Positions 1-8,070 of a stretch of DNA of 32,362 nucleotides are shown piece by piece (position 1 is the first letter of the stretch; every line of letters begins with the position of its first letter). Below the pieces are notes generated by a model that saw only the letters and a program-made list of their open reading frames with translations, was not told the DNA's origin and made no database searches. The stretch is taken from contig DATHLL010000226.1 of NCBI GenBank assembly GCA_035488195.1, positions 1 to 32,362 on the forward strand, read 5' to 3'. The translations under genes were made by a program, and so were the position numbers. The DNA is from Candidatus Elarobacter sp. (GTDB lineage Bacteria > Vulcanimicrobiota > Vulcanimicrobiia > Vulcanimicrobiales > Vulcanimicrobiaceae).

Positions 1-486
1 CCGCGCCCCGTCCACGTCGTGGTCGGTCTCGACTGGACGGCGAACGCGCAGCAGCGCCGTTGGATGGAACGCGCGTGCGCGTGGGCGCAATGGCCGGTGA
101 TCCTGCGCCCGCGCACGACGTCGACCGGCGGCTACGATCGCTCCGAGGTCGCGCGGTATCTGCGCTCGGGGCTGCGCCGCGCGGCGGCGCTGCTCGCCGC
201 CGGCCGCGTCGTCGCGATGTTCCCGGAAGGCTATCCGGTCGTCGATCCGACCGCGGCCGCCGAGACGCCGCGCGACCGCGACGCCGATGGCATGCTGCCG
301 TTCGCCTCCGGCTTTCGCACGCTCGCCAAGCTGGCGCCGCGCATCACGATCGTCCCGGTCGGCTTCGCCTACGAGCACGACGTCGCGAAATGGCAAATCA
401 CCGCCCGCTTCGGCGCACCACTGCCCTCCGACGCGGACGTCGTCACCGTCGAACGCGCGGTCCGCGTGCTCTCACGCCCGCGCTAG
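1..486 (+). CDS. Lysophospholipid/glycerol acyltransferase (PlsC-like), 5' end outside window
   Basis: Frame is open from base 1. Contains the acyltransferase block 'AMFPEG' and downstream 'IVPVG...ITARFGAP'; stop TAG at 484-486. Confidence 0.7.
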   Translation, partial: PRPVHVVVGLDWTANAQQRRWMERACAWAQWPVILRPRTTSTGGYDRSEVARYLRSGLRRAAALLAAGRVVAMFPEGYPVVDPTAAAETPRDRDADGMLPFASGFRTLAKLAPRITIVPVGFAYEHDVAKWQITARFGAPLPSDADVVTVERAVRVLSRPR

Positions 487-494
487 GGCGGCGG

Positions 495-875
495 TCAGTC
501 GTGGGCGGCGGGGGTGGCGAGCGCCGCTTTGCGGGTCGCCTTGCGGAGCGCGTCGGTAACCTCGGTCGGGCCGTACCGCTTCGAGAGGACGCAGTTGGCG
601 CCGGCGAAGCGCAGCCGGTCGGCGCGCGGGCCTTCACCGTCGGTGTAGGCGCAGATGAAGGCGCGCGGCAGGGCGGCGCGCATCGCGCTGACCGCGTCGG
701 CGGGATCGACGTCGAGGAAGTCGGTGTCGACGAACAGCGCCTCGGGGTGGGTGGCCCGGATGTCGTCGACGTCGAGGGTCTGGGCAACGCGGACGACCCG
801 CAGCTCGGCCTTGGCGAGCACGTCGCTCAGGTACGGGACGAAGAGCGACTGTGGTTCGACGACGTAGGAGTCCAC
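495..875 (-). CDS. Stand-alone response-regulator receiver (REC)-like protein, 126 aa
   Basis: REC pattern: 'YVVEPQSLF', 'ALFVDTD' (phospho-Asp position), 'ICAYT', 'AGANCVLSK'. No output domain; GTG start. Confidence 0.7.
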   Translation of the reverse strand: MDSYVVEPQSLFVPYLSDVLAKAELRVVRVAQTLDVDDIRATHPEALFVDTDFLDVDPADAVSAMRAALPRAFICAYTDGEGPRADRLRFAGANCVLSKRYGPTEVTDALRKATRKAALATPAAHD

Positions 876-944
876 GTTTGCTCGCTTACCGCGCAGCGTG
901 GTCCCCTTACACGGAGGCTTGCGGCCTATCGCGGGGACGGTCGG

Positions 945-1610
945 TTAGGCCAATCCCGTCTTGATCGCGTGGACGGCCGCCTGGGTGCGCGCCGTGATGT
1001 TCAGCTTCGCGAAGATCCGGCTGATGTGGTTCTTCACGGTCTTCTCGGAGAGGTGCAGCTTCGCGCTGATCTCCTTGTTCGACATCCCGCGCGCGATCAA
1101 ACGGATGATCTCGGTCTCGCGGACCGAGAGCTCGTTCTGCGCGGCGCGGCCGAAGCCGTTCGAGCGCCGCTTCAGGACGCCGCCCGCCACGCGCGGATCG
1201 ACGTAGGCGTGACCGCTCGCGACGCTCTTCACGGCGCGGATCAGCTCGGCGGGGAGGATGTCCTTGACCACGTAGCCGTCGGCGCCGGCCGAGAGGCAGC
1301 GCTGCATCACCTCGGGCTGGACGTGCGTCGAGAGGACACAGACCTTCGCCTGGGGCGCGAGCTCGCGGCAGGTCCGCATCGTCTCGGAGAACTCGACGTG
1401 GTGGCCGTCGAGGTCGAGGACGATCAGGTCGGGGCGGAGACGGCGCAGCGGAGCGTTCGCGATCGAATCGGCGTCGCCGACCACGTCGATCTCGGGGTCG
1501 CTCGCCAGCACCTGGCAGAGCGCCTTGCCGAAGAGCGCCTGCCCCTCGACCACGAGGACGCGGACCGGCTTGGTGACGGACGGGGCAGGGGTCGCGATCG
1601 TTCCGAGCAT
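945..1610 (-). CDS. NarL/FixJ-family response regulator (REC + LuxR HTH)
   Basis: 'PDLIVLD', 'AGADGYVVKD' and C-terminal 'LSVRETEIIRLIARGMSNKEISAKLHLSEKTVKNHISRIFAKL'; GAGGA just upstream of the ATG. Confidence 0.95.
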   Translation of the reverse strand: MLGTIATPAPSVTKPVRVLVVEGQALFGKALCQVLASDPEIDVVGDADSIANAPLRRLRPDLIVLDLDGHHVEFSETMRTCRELAPQAKVCVLSTHVQPEVMQRCLSAGADGYVVKDILPAELIRAVKSVASGHAYVDPRVAGGVLKRRSNGFGRAAQNELSVRETEIIRLIARGMSNKEISAKLHLSEKTVKNHISRIFAKLNITARTQAAVHAIKTGLA

Positions 1611-1771
1611 TCTTTCCTCAGTCCTTTGGGGAAGGCCGTTCAGACTAACCCGGCCGTCTATAGTGTCGCCCCTGGGGGTGCCTGAGGAACTCCCCTGAAT
1701 TGGGGGTTTTCGAATTGGGCCCGGCCGCGGCTGCCGTGAGGACAGGCGCCGAAACGGATAGGTATACAGTC

Positions 1772-2755
1772 GTGCGCAACCGCCGAACCTCGCCAGCCGC
1801 CGCCGTGATCACGGCGGTCCCCGAAGCCGACCGCACCCGCGCGTTCGTCGGCGAGCTGCGCACGCTGGTCCGGGCGACGTACGTGGTCTTCGCGCGGTAC
1901 GACCAGAACGGGATCCAGAACGAGATCGTCCTCGCCGAGGACCACGGCAACCCCTCGCGCCAGACCGAGTGGCTCCAGGCCGAGCGCCTCCTCCAGTCGC
2001 GCTCGGAGGCGTCGATCCCGCGGGTCACCGACGCGATGATCGCGCTCGACGGGATGCGCGGGCTGGTCGCGGTCTACGGCGTCGACCGGACGATCTTCGG
2101 CCTGGCGATCGTCGCGCGGCCGCGCGCCTTCCTCCCCGAGGAGCGGAAGGCGCTCGAAGCGACGCTCCGCTCGGGCTCGGAGCTGATGCGCCGGCTCTCG
2201 ACCTTCGAGGGCGAGCAGAGCGCGCAAGAGCGGACCGCGGAGCGCGCCAACGCCGCCCAGTTCGTCCTCACCCGCGAGTTCGCGGTCGAGTCGCGCTGGA
2301 TCCCCGACGACGACCCGAACGACGTCCTGCAGAACATCCTCGAGCTGGCCGGCGACTCGCTCCCGCCCGTCGTCGAGAAGGCGGTCCGCGACATCACCGC
2401 CTCGTGGACCGACGACCCCGGCACCTGGCAGCCCGACACCGTCGTGCCGCTGCCGTTCATGGTCGTCCGCGTCGCGCCGCTGACCGGCTCGGCCGGCCCG
2501 AAGATCGGCGTCCTGGTCGAGCGCTACCGCTCCCGGAACCCGCTCCGCCACGCGGCCGAGAAGTTCGGGATGAGCTCGCGCGAGCTCGAGGTCCTGGCGC
2601 TGGTGCTCAAAGGCTTCGGCACCCCGCAGATCGCGACCGCGCTCGACATCGCCGAGTCGACCGCCCACGACCACATCAAGCGGATGATGCTCAAGACCCG
2701 CGCCCGCAACCGCGTCGAGCTCGCCGCCAAAGCCCTCGGCTGGCGCGGAGCCTAA
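1772..2755 (+). CDS. LuxR-family HTH transcriptional regulator with an N-terminal GAF-like sensory region
   Basis: C-terminal 'MSSRELEVLALVLKGFGTPQIATALDIAESTAHDHIKRMMLKTRARNRVEL'. The N-terminus ('FGLAIVARPRAFLPEERKALEA') resembles the end of a GAF domain. Start is uncertain: GTG 1772 is preferred over TTG 1700, which lies in the divergent promoter region. Confidence 0.85.
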   Translation: MRNRRTSPAAAVITAVPEADRTRAFVGELRTLVRATYVVFARYDQNGIQNEIVLAEDHGNPSRQTEWLQAERLLQSRSEASIPRVTDAMIALDGMRGLVAVYGVDRTIFGLAIVARPRAFLPEERKALEATLRSGSELMRRLSTFEGEQSAQERTAERANAAQFVLTREFAVESRWIPDDDPNDVLQNILELAGDSLPPVVEKAVRDITASWTDDPGTWQPDTVVPLPFMVVRVAPLTGSAGPKIGVLVERYRSRNPLRHAAEKFGMSSRELEVLALVLKGFGTPQIATALDIAESTAHDHIKRMMLKTRARNRVELAAKALGWRGA

Positions 2756-2762
2756 CCCCAAG

Positions 2763-2884
2763 GTCATCCTGAGCCTGTCGAATGTCATCCTGAGCCTGTC
2801 GAATGTCATCCTGAGCCTGTCGAAGGATGCGCCGCAAGCCTGGATCGTGACCGTGGCTCATCCTTCGACAGGCTCAGGATGACA
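2763..2884. repeat. REP-like repeat cluster: three tandem copies of GTCATCCTGAGCCTGTCGAA at 21-bp period plus one inverted copy
   Basis: Copies start at 2763, 2784 and 2805. Bases 2804-2829 are the perfect reverse complement of 2859-2884 (26-bp arms, 29-nt loop). The cluster lies between convergent genes. Confidence 0.9.
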
Positions 2885-3644
2885 GTACAGGCTCTTCGAA
2901 TTCCAGCCAGTCGCGGTGCCAGAGGAGGCCGCAGCCGCGGTGGCAGGGGCCATCGGCGGCGAGGGACTCGCCGCGGCAGCGCAGGCCGGCGAGGATGTAC
3001 CACTCGGCGCCGGGGCGGCGCCACCAGGTGACGGCGGTCGGCTCGACGCGCTTGTGGACGGGGAAGCGCTGGCCGGCGTAGCGCTCCATCGAGGCGCAGA
3101 ACGCGATCCCGTCGCGGCGGCCGCCGGCGTCGAGCGTCGCGCGGATCTCGGCGAGCGGCTTCACCCGCGCGAAGCGCGCGTAGGTCTGCGGCTGGGCGAG
3201 CTCGGCCGACGACGGCTCGAGCCATTCGTCGCGGAAGAGCAGCGCGCACGAGCGCCCGCAGCCGCCGTCACGCGCCGGGCCGTCGCAGGCGACGCCTTCG
3301 AGCGAGACGGTGCGCGAGATGCGGGTCATCCGGCCCAGGTCGTTCATCATCCGGCGCACGACCGCGTCGACGCGGAACGTCCCGCCGCAGTACGACCACT
3401 GCTCGGGCGTGAACGCGAGGCCGCGCAGCTTCCCGCCGGCGCCCAGCGTCGCGCGGATCGCGGCTTCGTCGCGGACGCGCACCCAGTCGCCGGGCGCGAA
3501 CCGCGAGGGCGCGCCTTCGCCGCGCGCCTGCGCGTAGCGGTCGGGGAAGCGGCGCACGGCGCGCCGCAGCGCGCGCAGCGGTCCGGCCGGCCCCGGATAC
3601 CGGTAGATCGAGCTCTCGAACTGGCACCGCTCTCGAAAGATCAT
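2874..3644 (-). CDS. Hypothetical 256-aa protein with two tandem SH3-like, Cys-motif domains
   Basis: Protein-like 3' part of the 2874..5828 ORF, from ATG 3644. Internal duplication: 'VRVRDEAAIRATLGAGGKLRGLAF...CDGPARDGGCGRSCALLFRDEWLE' versus 'ARVKPLAEIRATLDAGGRRDGIAF...CRGESLAADGPCHRGCGLLWHRDWLE'. Confidence 0.8.
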   Translation of the reverse strand: MIFRERCQFESSIYRYPGPAGPLRALRRAVRRFPDRYAQARGEGAPSRFAPGDWVRVRDEAAIRATLGAGGKLRGLAFTPEQWSYCGGTFRVDAVVRRMMNDLGRMTRISRTVSLEGVACDGPARDGGCGRSCALLFRDEWLEPSSAELAQPQTYARFARVKPLAEIRATLDAGGRRDGIAFCASMERYAGQRFPVHKRVEPTAVTWWRRPGAEWYILAGLRCRGESLAADGPCHRGCGLLWHRDWLEFEEPVLSS

Positions 3645-3675
3645 GTCGTGACTCGCAAGCGCGGCAGGGCTCTCG

Positions 3676-3716
3676 CGGCCGCCGGAACGCCGTTGCCCGC
3701 GGCGTTCCGGCGGCCG
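3676..3716. terminator. Perfect 17-bp stem / 7-nt loop hairpin downstream of wzc (terminator or mRNA-stabilising stem)
   Basis: CGGCCGCCGGAACGCCG (3676-3692) pairs with CGGCGTTCCGGCGGCCG (3700-3716), 8 nt past the wzc stop. There is no U-tract, so the function is uncertain. Confidence 0.5.
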
Positions 3717-3724
3717 TCCCCGGC

Positions 3725-5938
3725 CTACGCGGTGTGCGGCAGCTCTTTGAGCGCCGGCGGTGCGGCCGCGAAATAGTCGCTGTAGTCGTCGACCTTGGTG
3801 GTGGAACGGTTCACGACGGTGCCGACCAGCTCGTTGACGCCGACCGCCTCGAGCCGGCCGAGCGCCTTGCGCGTCGAGCGGACGTCGGTGTGGCCGGCCG
3901 AGACGATCATCACGACGCCGTCGGTCTTCGCCGCGACGATCGCCGCGTCGAACACCGGCACCAGCGCCGGCGCGTCGACGATGACGGTCTCGTAGCGCGC
4001 GCGCGCCTCGTTGAGCAGCGCGTCGAAGCGGTTCGACTGCAGCAGCTTGATCGGGTTCGGCGAGTGCGTCCCGCTGGTGAGCACGTCGACGCCGGGGCGG
4101 TCGGTGCGCTTCACGCACTGCGAGAGCGAGGCGCGCCCGATCAGGACGTCGCTCAGGCCGATGTCGTTCGCGACCTCGAGCTTGCGGTGCAGCGAGGGGC
4201 GGCGCATGTCGGCGTCGATGATCAGCACGCGCGCCTCGCGCTCGATGCTCGAGACCGCGATCTCCCCGAACGCGCCGGCGACGTTCATCGCGACCGTCGA
4301 CTTGCCGTCGCCCTTGAGCGGGCTGGTGATCGTCACGCTGCGCAGCGGGTGATCGGAGCTGTAGCGCATCGCCAGGACGAGCTGGAAGTACGACTCGAGC
4401 GTCGCGTTGCGGACGGAAGCCGGGATCGCCGCCGCGCCGTCGCCCGACGGGAGCTGCGGGATCGAGGCGAGGACGGGGAGCTGCAGCTCGTTCTCGAGGT
4501 CGCGCTCGTCGCGGATGCGGCCGTCGAACCAGTCGACCAGGAAGACGACGCCGAGCGCGAGCAGCAGGCCGACGACGCTCGCGATGATCAGGTTCATCGA
4601 GAGGTGCGGCGACTTCGTCGCGAGCTCCGCGGTGGCGGGCTCGGTGATCGTCACGTCGCTGATCCCGGTCATCCGCGAGACCTTCGCGTCGTTCAGCTTC
4701 TGCGAGAGCGCGTTGTAGACGTCCTCGGCGAGCTTCTCCTGGCGCTTGAGCTCCGCCAGGCGCGAGGCTTGCGCGGGGAGCGCGCGGATCTGCGGGTTGA
4801 TCGCGGCGCGCTGCTGCGCGAGCTCGGCGAGCTGCGCCGAGTCGCTCTCGCTCATCGCGCGGGCGGCCGAGAGCTGCTGCGAGAGCTGCTGGTAGACCGG
4901 GTTCGCGATCGTGCTCGTCGTCGCGACGATCGTCTTCGGCTCGTGCGCGATCTGCTTGGTGAGATCGGCGATCTGCTGCTTGAGACCGATCACGGTCGGA
5001 TGCGAGTCGGTGAACTGCTGCTGCGCCGCGGCGAGCTGCCCTTTGTACTGTGCGAGCTGCGTGTTGAGCTGCGCGAGCACCGGGTTCTGCACCACGCTCG
5101 AGCCGCCGCCGGTCGTCGCGCTCATCCGGGCGAGCTGCCCCGATAGCGAGCCGATCTGCGCGTCGGCTTGGCGCTTCTCGAGCTGGACGCTCTGGATCTT
5201 CGCGTCGACGTTCGCCGCCATGTTCACCGTCGCGGTCGTCTGCGTCGTGAGGTCGGCGATGTTGTGCGTCGTCTCGTAGCTGCGCAGCTCGGCCTCGGTC
5301 CGCGCGAGGTTCTGCTCCGCCGCGGGGAGCTGCTTCTGGAGGAACTCGACCGCGCCGTTCGCCTGATCGGCGACGAGCTGCGCCTGGCGCGCGACGAAGA
5401 CCGTCGCGAAGTCGTTCGCGATTCGTGCCGAGGTCTGCGGGTCGCCCCAGGTGACCGAGACGGTGATGATGTTGGTGTTGGTGACCGGCTTGACCTTGAC
5501 CGCGCCTTGCAGGTCGCGCACGTCGGTCTTCAGGTGCAGGTCGTCGATGACGTGCTGCACGACCGGCGTCTCGCTCATCAGCTCCGCGTAGGTCTCCGCC
5601 GACTGCGCGGCGTTCGGCAGGATCAGCGCGTTGAGGACGGAGAGCCCGGTCTGCGCGGCCTGCGGGTTCTGCGCGACCGTGTTCGGGTTCCCCGCGATCA
5701 TCTTGGTCGAGGTCGTGTACTTCTTCGGCGTCATCAGCGTGACGATCGCGACGGCGAAGACGACGCCGAGGAAGATCGCGGCGAAGAGGACGCGGCGGCG
5801 CGAGAGCGTTCCGATGAACGACTGCCACATCGCGACCGGGTCGATGTCGGCCGAGCGCTGCGCGGCGATCGGAGTCGCCAGCGGGATGCTGGGGCCGCCC
5901 GTGAGCCGCTGAGGTTCGTACATCGGAATCCTTTCCAT
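3725..5938 (-). CDS. wzc: Polysaccharide co-polymerase / BY-kinase (Wzc/GumC family)
   Basis: Two TM segments flank a coiled-coil region. Walker A 'SPLKGDGKST', A' 'IIDAD', B 'IVDAP', and Tyr tail 'DDYSDYF'. Alternative start ATG 5923 has an AAGGA SD. Confidence 0.93.
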   Translation of the reverse strand: MERIPMYEPQRLTGGPSIPLATPIAAQRSADIDPVAMWQSFIGTLSRRRVLFAAIFLGVVFAVAIVTLMTPKKYTTSTKMIAGNPNTVAQNPQAAQTGLSVLNALILPNAAQSAETYAELMSETPVVQHVIDDLHLKTDVRDLQGAVKVKPVTNTNIITVSVTWGDPQTSARIANDFATVFVARQAQLVADQANGAVEFLQKQLPAAEQNLARTEAELRSYETTHNIADLTTQTTATVNMAANVDAKIQSVQLEKRQADAQIGSLSGQLARMSATTGGGSSVVQNPVLAQLNTQLAQYKGQLAAAQQQFTDSHPTVIGLKQQIADLTKQIAHEPKTIVATTSTIANPVYQQLSQQLSAARAMSESDSAQLAELAQQRAAINPQIRALPAQASRLAELKRQEKLAEDVYNALSQKLNDAKVSRMTGISDVTITEPATAELATKSPHLSMNLIIASVVGLLLALGVVFLVDWFDGRIRDERDLENELQLPVLASIPQLPSGDGAAAIPASVRNATLESYFQLVLAMRYSSDHPLRSVTITSPLKGDGKSTVAMNVAGAFGEIAVSSIEREARVLIIDADMRRPSLHRKLEVANDIGLSDVLIGRASLSQCVKRTDRPGVDVLTSGTHSPNPIKLLQSNRFDALLNEARARYETVIVDAPALVPVFDAAIVAAKTDGVVMIVSAGHTDVRSTRKALGRLEAVGVNELVGTVVNRSTTKVDDYSDYFAAAPPALKELPHTA

Positions 5939-5941
5939 GAC

Positions 5942-6940
5942 CTAGAAGCCGAGGAGCCTGCCGAGGACGCTCAGGATCCCGATCGTGCCGGGACTGATCG
6001 AGTGCGCCTCGGGGACGAGGATCTTGTCGTCCTTCTGCAAGATCGGGTTGTACCGCTGGTCGCCTTTCTGGAGCGCCTGGTACAGGTTGACCTCGTACGA
6101 GACGTTCTTACCCTGACTCGGCTCGTATCTCGTCAGGTAGACGCGGTTCAGGTCGGGATGGGACGCCGCTTCGGTGCCGGCGCGCGCGAGCGCCATCGAG
6201 AGCCGCTCGCCCTCGGTGACCTCGACGTTGCCCGGGCGCGTCACCGCGCCGAGCACCTGGACCCGGAACGTCTCGCCGCCGGTGACGTAGACCAGCGCGT
6301 TGTCGGTGAGCTCCACGTTCTGCGTCGCGTCGCCGTCGTGCAGCAGCTTCTGGAGGCTGAGCCTCTTGATGTCGCCGTCGGGCTCCGAGACGCGCGCGTC
6401 GGGGTAGTCGCCGTTCACGTTCGCGACGCCGGACGACGCGGCGATCGCGTCGATGAGGTGCGAGCCGTTGCGCATCTGGAACTTGCCGGGGTTCTTCACG
6501 TTGCCGAGCACGGTCACGCTGATCGCGCCCTGCTGCTGCACCGCGAGTGAGACGATGGGATGCTTGACGTACTTCTGCAGCGCCTTCGCGAGCGCGTCGC
6601 GCGCCTCGGCGGCGCTCATCCCGCTCACGAACACGCGCTGCACGAGCGGATACTGGATCGTCCCGTCGGCCTGCACGACCGCGCTTTGCGTCAGATCGGG
6701 ATGGCCGTAGACGGAGATCGCGAGCTGGTCGCCGGGCCGGATCACCGAGCCGACCGTCGAGGCGGGCGGGAGCGCCGTCTGCGGCGCCGGCGAGCCGATC
6801 GGGAACGGCTGGACGTCGCCCGGGACGTTGACCGGCTGCGGCTTCTCCTGCGCGAGCGCCGCGAGCGGCGCCGCGGCGAGCAGGACCGCCGCGGCGGTTC
6901 CCACCAGTGCACGAACGGGATGGGCGAGCTGAGCGATCAT
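5942..6940 (-). CDS. wza: Polysaccharide export (OPX/Wza-like) protein with Poly_export and SLBB domains, 332 aa
   Basis: From ATG 6940: Sec signal 'AVLLAAAPLAALA-QE', then 'IRPGDQLAISVYGHPDL...VQADGTIQYPLV', SLBB repeats 'VTVLGNVKNPG' and 'VQVLGAVTRPG', and an amphipathic C-terminal helix. The upstream extension to 7237 is not protein-like. Confidence 0.9.
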   Translation of the reverse strand: MIAQLAHPVRALVGTAAAVLLAAAPLAALAQEKPQPVNVPGDVQPFPIGSPAPQTALPPASTVGSVIRPGDQLAISVYGHPDLTQSAVVQADGTIQYPLVQRVFVSGMSAAEARDALAKALQKYVKHPIVSLAVQQQGAISVTVLGNVKNPGKFQMRNGSHLIDAIAASSGVANVNGDYPDARVSEPDGDIKRLSLQKLLHDGDATQNVELTDNALVYVTGGETFRVQVLGAVTRPGNVEVTEGERLSMALARAGTEAASHPDLNRVYLTRYEPSQGKNVSYEVNLYQALQKGDQRYNPILQKDDKILVPEAHSISPGTIGILSVLGRLLGF

Positions 6941-6973
6941 GACGGTTCTCCGGCTTCGCGAAGCGCGCGAAGG

Positions 6974-7339
6974 ATGTGGGGCGTGGCGGCGGTCGCGATC
7001 GCCGCGGCGCTGTTCTGGGCCGCGACGAGCAACGAGGTGTACGAGCTCACGTCGCCGTCCGTCTTTTCGTTCCACGTCCTGCTGCGAAAAGCATACAGCA
7101 TCGCGGCTTTCGCGCTGGTGGGGTTCACCGCTCGCAAGGCGCTCGGAGCGAGCGCGCTGACCCCGGCGCGCGGCGCGCTGCTGGTCGCGGCGTACTCCGG
7201 CGCGATCGAGATCGTCCAGGCGATGAAGGGTTCGCACGAGGGCATCGCATGGAACGTCATCGACGTCCTCTGCGGCGCCGCCGGCGGCTGGCTCGGCGTC
7301 GTCGCGAACCGCATCAGACGCTCGCGTCGTAGAGCGTGA
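6974..7339 (+). CDS. Small VanZ-like membrane protein, about 121 aa
   Basis: Four hydrophobic segments and VanZ-like motifs 'LRKAYSIAAF' and 'YSGAIEIVQ...WNVIDVLCGAAGGWLG'. It is the 3' part of ORF 6560..7339. Confidence 0.7.
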   Translation: MWGVAAVAIAAALFWAATSNEVYELTSPSVFSFHVLLRKAYSIAAFALVGFTARKALGASALTPARGALLVAAYSGAIEIVQAMKGSHEGIAWNVIDVLCGAAGGWLGVVANRIRRSRRRA

Positions 7340-8021
7340 AGTGCTCTTGCTGCAGCGCGTCGATCGTCGTGACGCCGGCCGGCACCAGCAGCCCGCCGGG
7401 GATCAGGTTGCGCCGCATCTCGGCGTGGACCGCGGCGGCGTCGCTCGAGCCGGCGAGCCCGGCGGCGACGACCTTCATCGCGAGGCCGCGCGCCGCGTTG
7501 TTGCAGACGTAGAACGTCGCGCCCCGCCGGAGGAGCGTCTCGATCGAGGCGTCCTGGTTGTAGGGTGCGTTGAGGTCGGCGTCGTTGCGCGGGTAGGCGG
7601 CGGCCGCGTGCAGCCACGGGTTGCCGCGCTCGGCGCCGGCGCTCTTCACCGGATCGCCGGCCCGCGCCAGCACCTGGGCGAGCTGGTAGCGCGCCCACAT
7701 CGCGTCGTTCAGTCCTTGGGCGACGCCGTTCCCATTCAGGACCGCGGCGGCGTGCAGCGTCCCCGGGCCCTCGCCCCAGCCGAACTGGTAGCCGTTGAGC
7801 GAGTTGCGGATGTAGGCGAAGATCGCCCCGTCGTTGGCGCGCGGCGACGTGAAGAGCTGCTTGTGCTTGAACGGCGCCCGCGCGGTCGCGAGGAAGGCGT
7901 CGTACGAGATCGGCGCGGCGTCGCCGGCCGCGAGCGAGACGCCGCTCGTGACGCGAGCGGCACCGGCCGCCGCGATGACCGCGGCGCCGGCGCGCAAGAA
8001 GTTCCTTCGGGTGGTGCTCAC
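7314..8021 (-). CDS. Tat-exported DsrE-like protein
   Basis: Twin-arginine signal 'TTRRNFLRAGAAVIAAAG'. DsrE-like core 'IETLLRRGATFYVCNNA' and 'LIPGGLLVPAGVTTIDALQQEHFT'. Confidence 0.75.
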   Translation of the reverse strand: MSTTRRNFLRAGAAVIAAAGAARVTSGVSLAAGDAAPISYDAFLATARAPFKHKQLFTSPRANDGAIFAYIRNSLNGYQFGWGEGPGTLHAAAVLNGNGVAQGLNDAMWARYQLAQVLARAGDPVKSAGAERGNPWLHAAAAYPRNDADLNAPYNQDASIETLLRRGATFYVCNNAARGLAMKVVAAGLAGSSDAAAVHAEMRRNLIPGGLLVPAGVTTIDALQQEHFTLYDASV

Positions 8022-8070
8022 GTCACGAATCCTTTCGTTCAGCGGTCTGGTGCCGGGGCCGGTCCGTGGC

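Noticed and set aside
2763-2829. CRISPR array
   Set aside because: Repeats are directly adjacent with no spacers, and no cas genes are present; it fits a tandem REP-like element.
3645-5828. N-terminal 728 aa of the 984-aa ORF 2874..5828
   Set aside because: Arg/Ala-rich off-frame shadow of wzc; only the part from ATG 3644 is protein-like. A wzc frameshift fusion is unsupported because wzc has its own stop and a hairpin follows.
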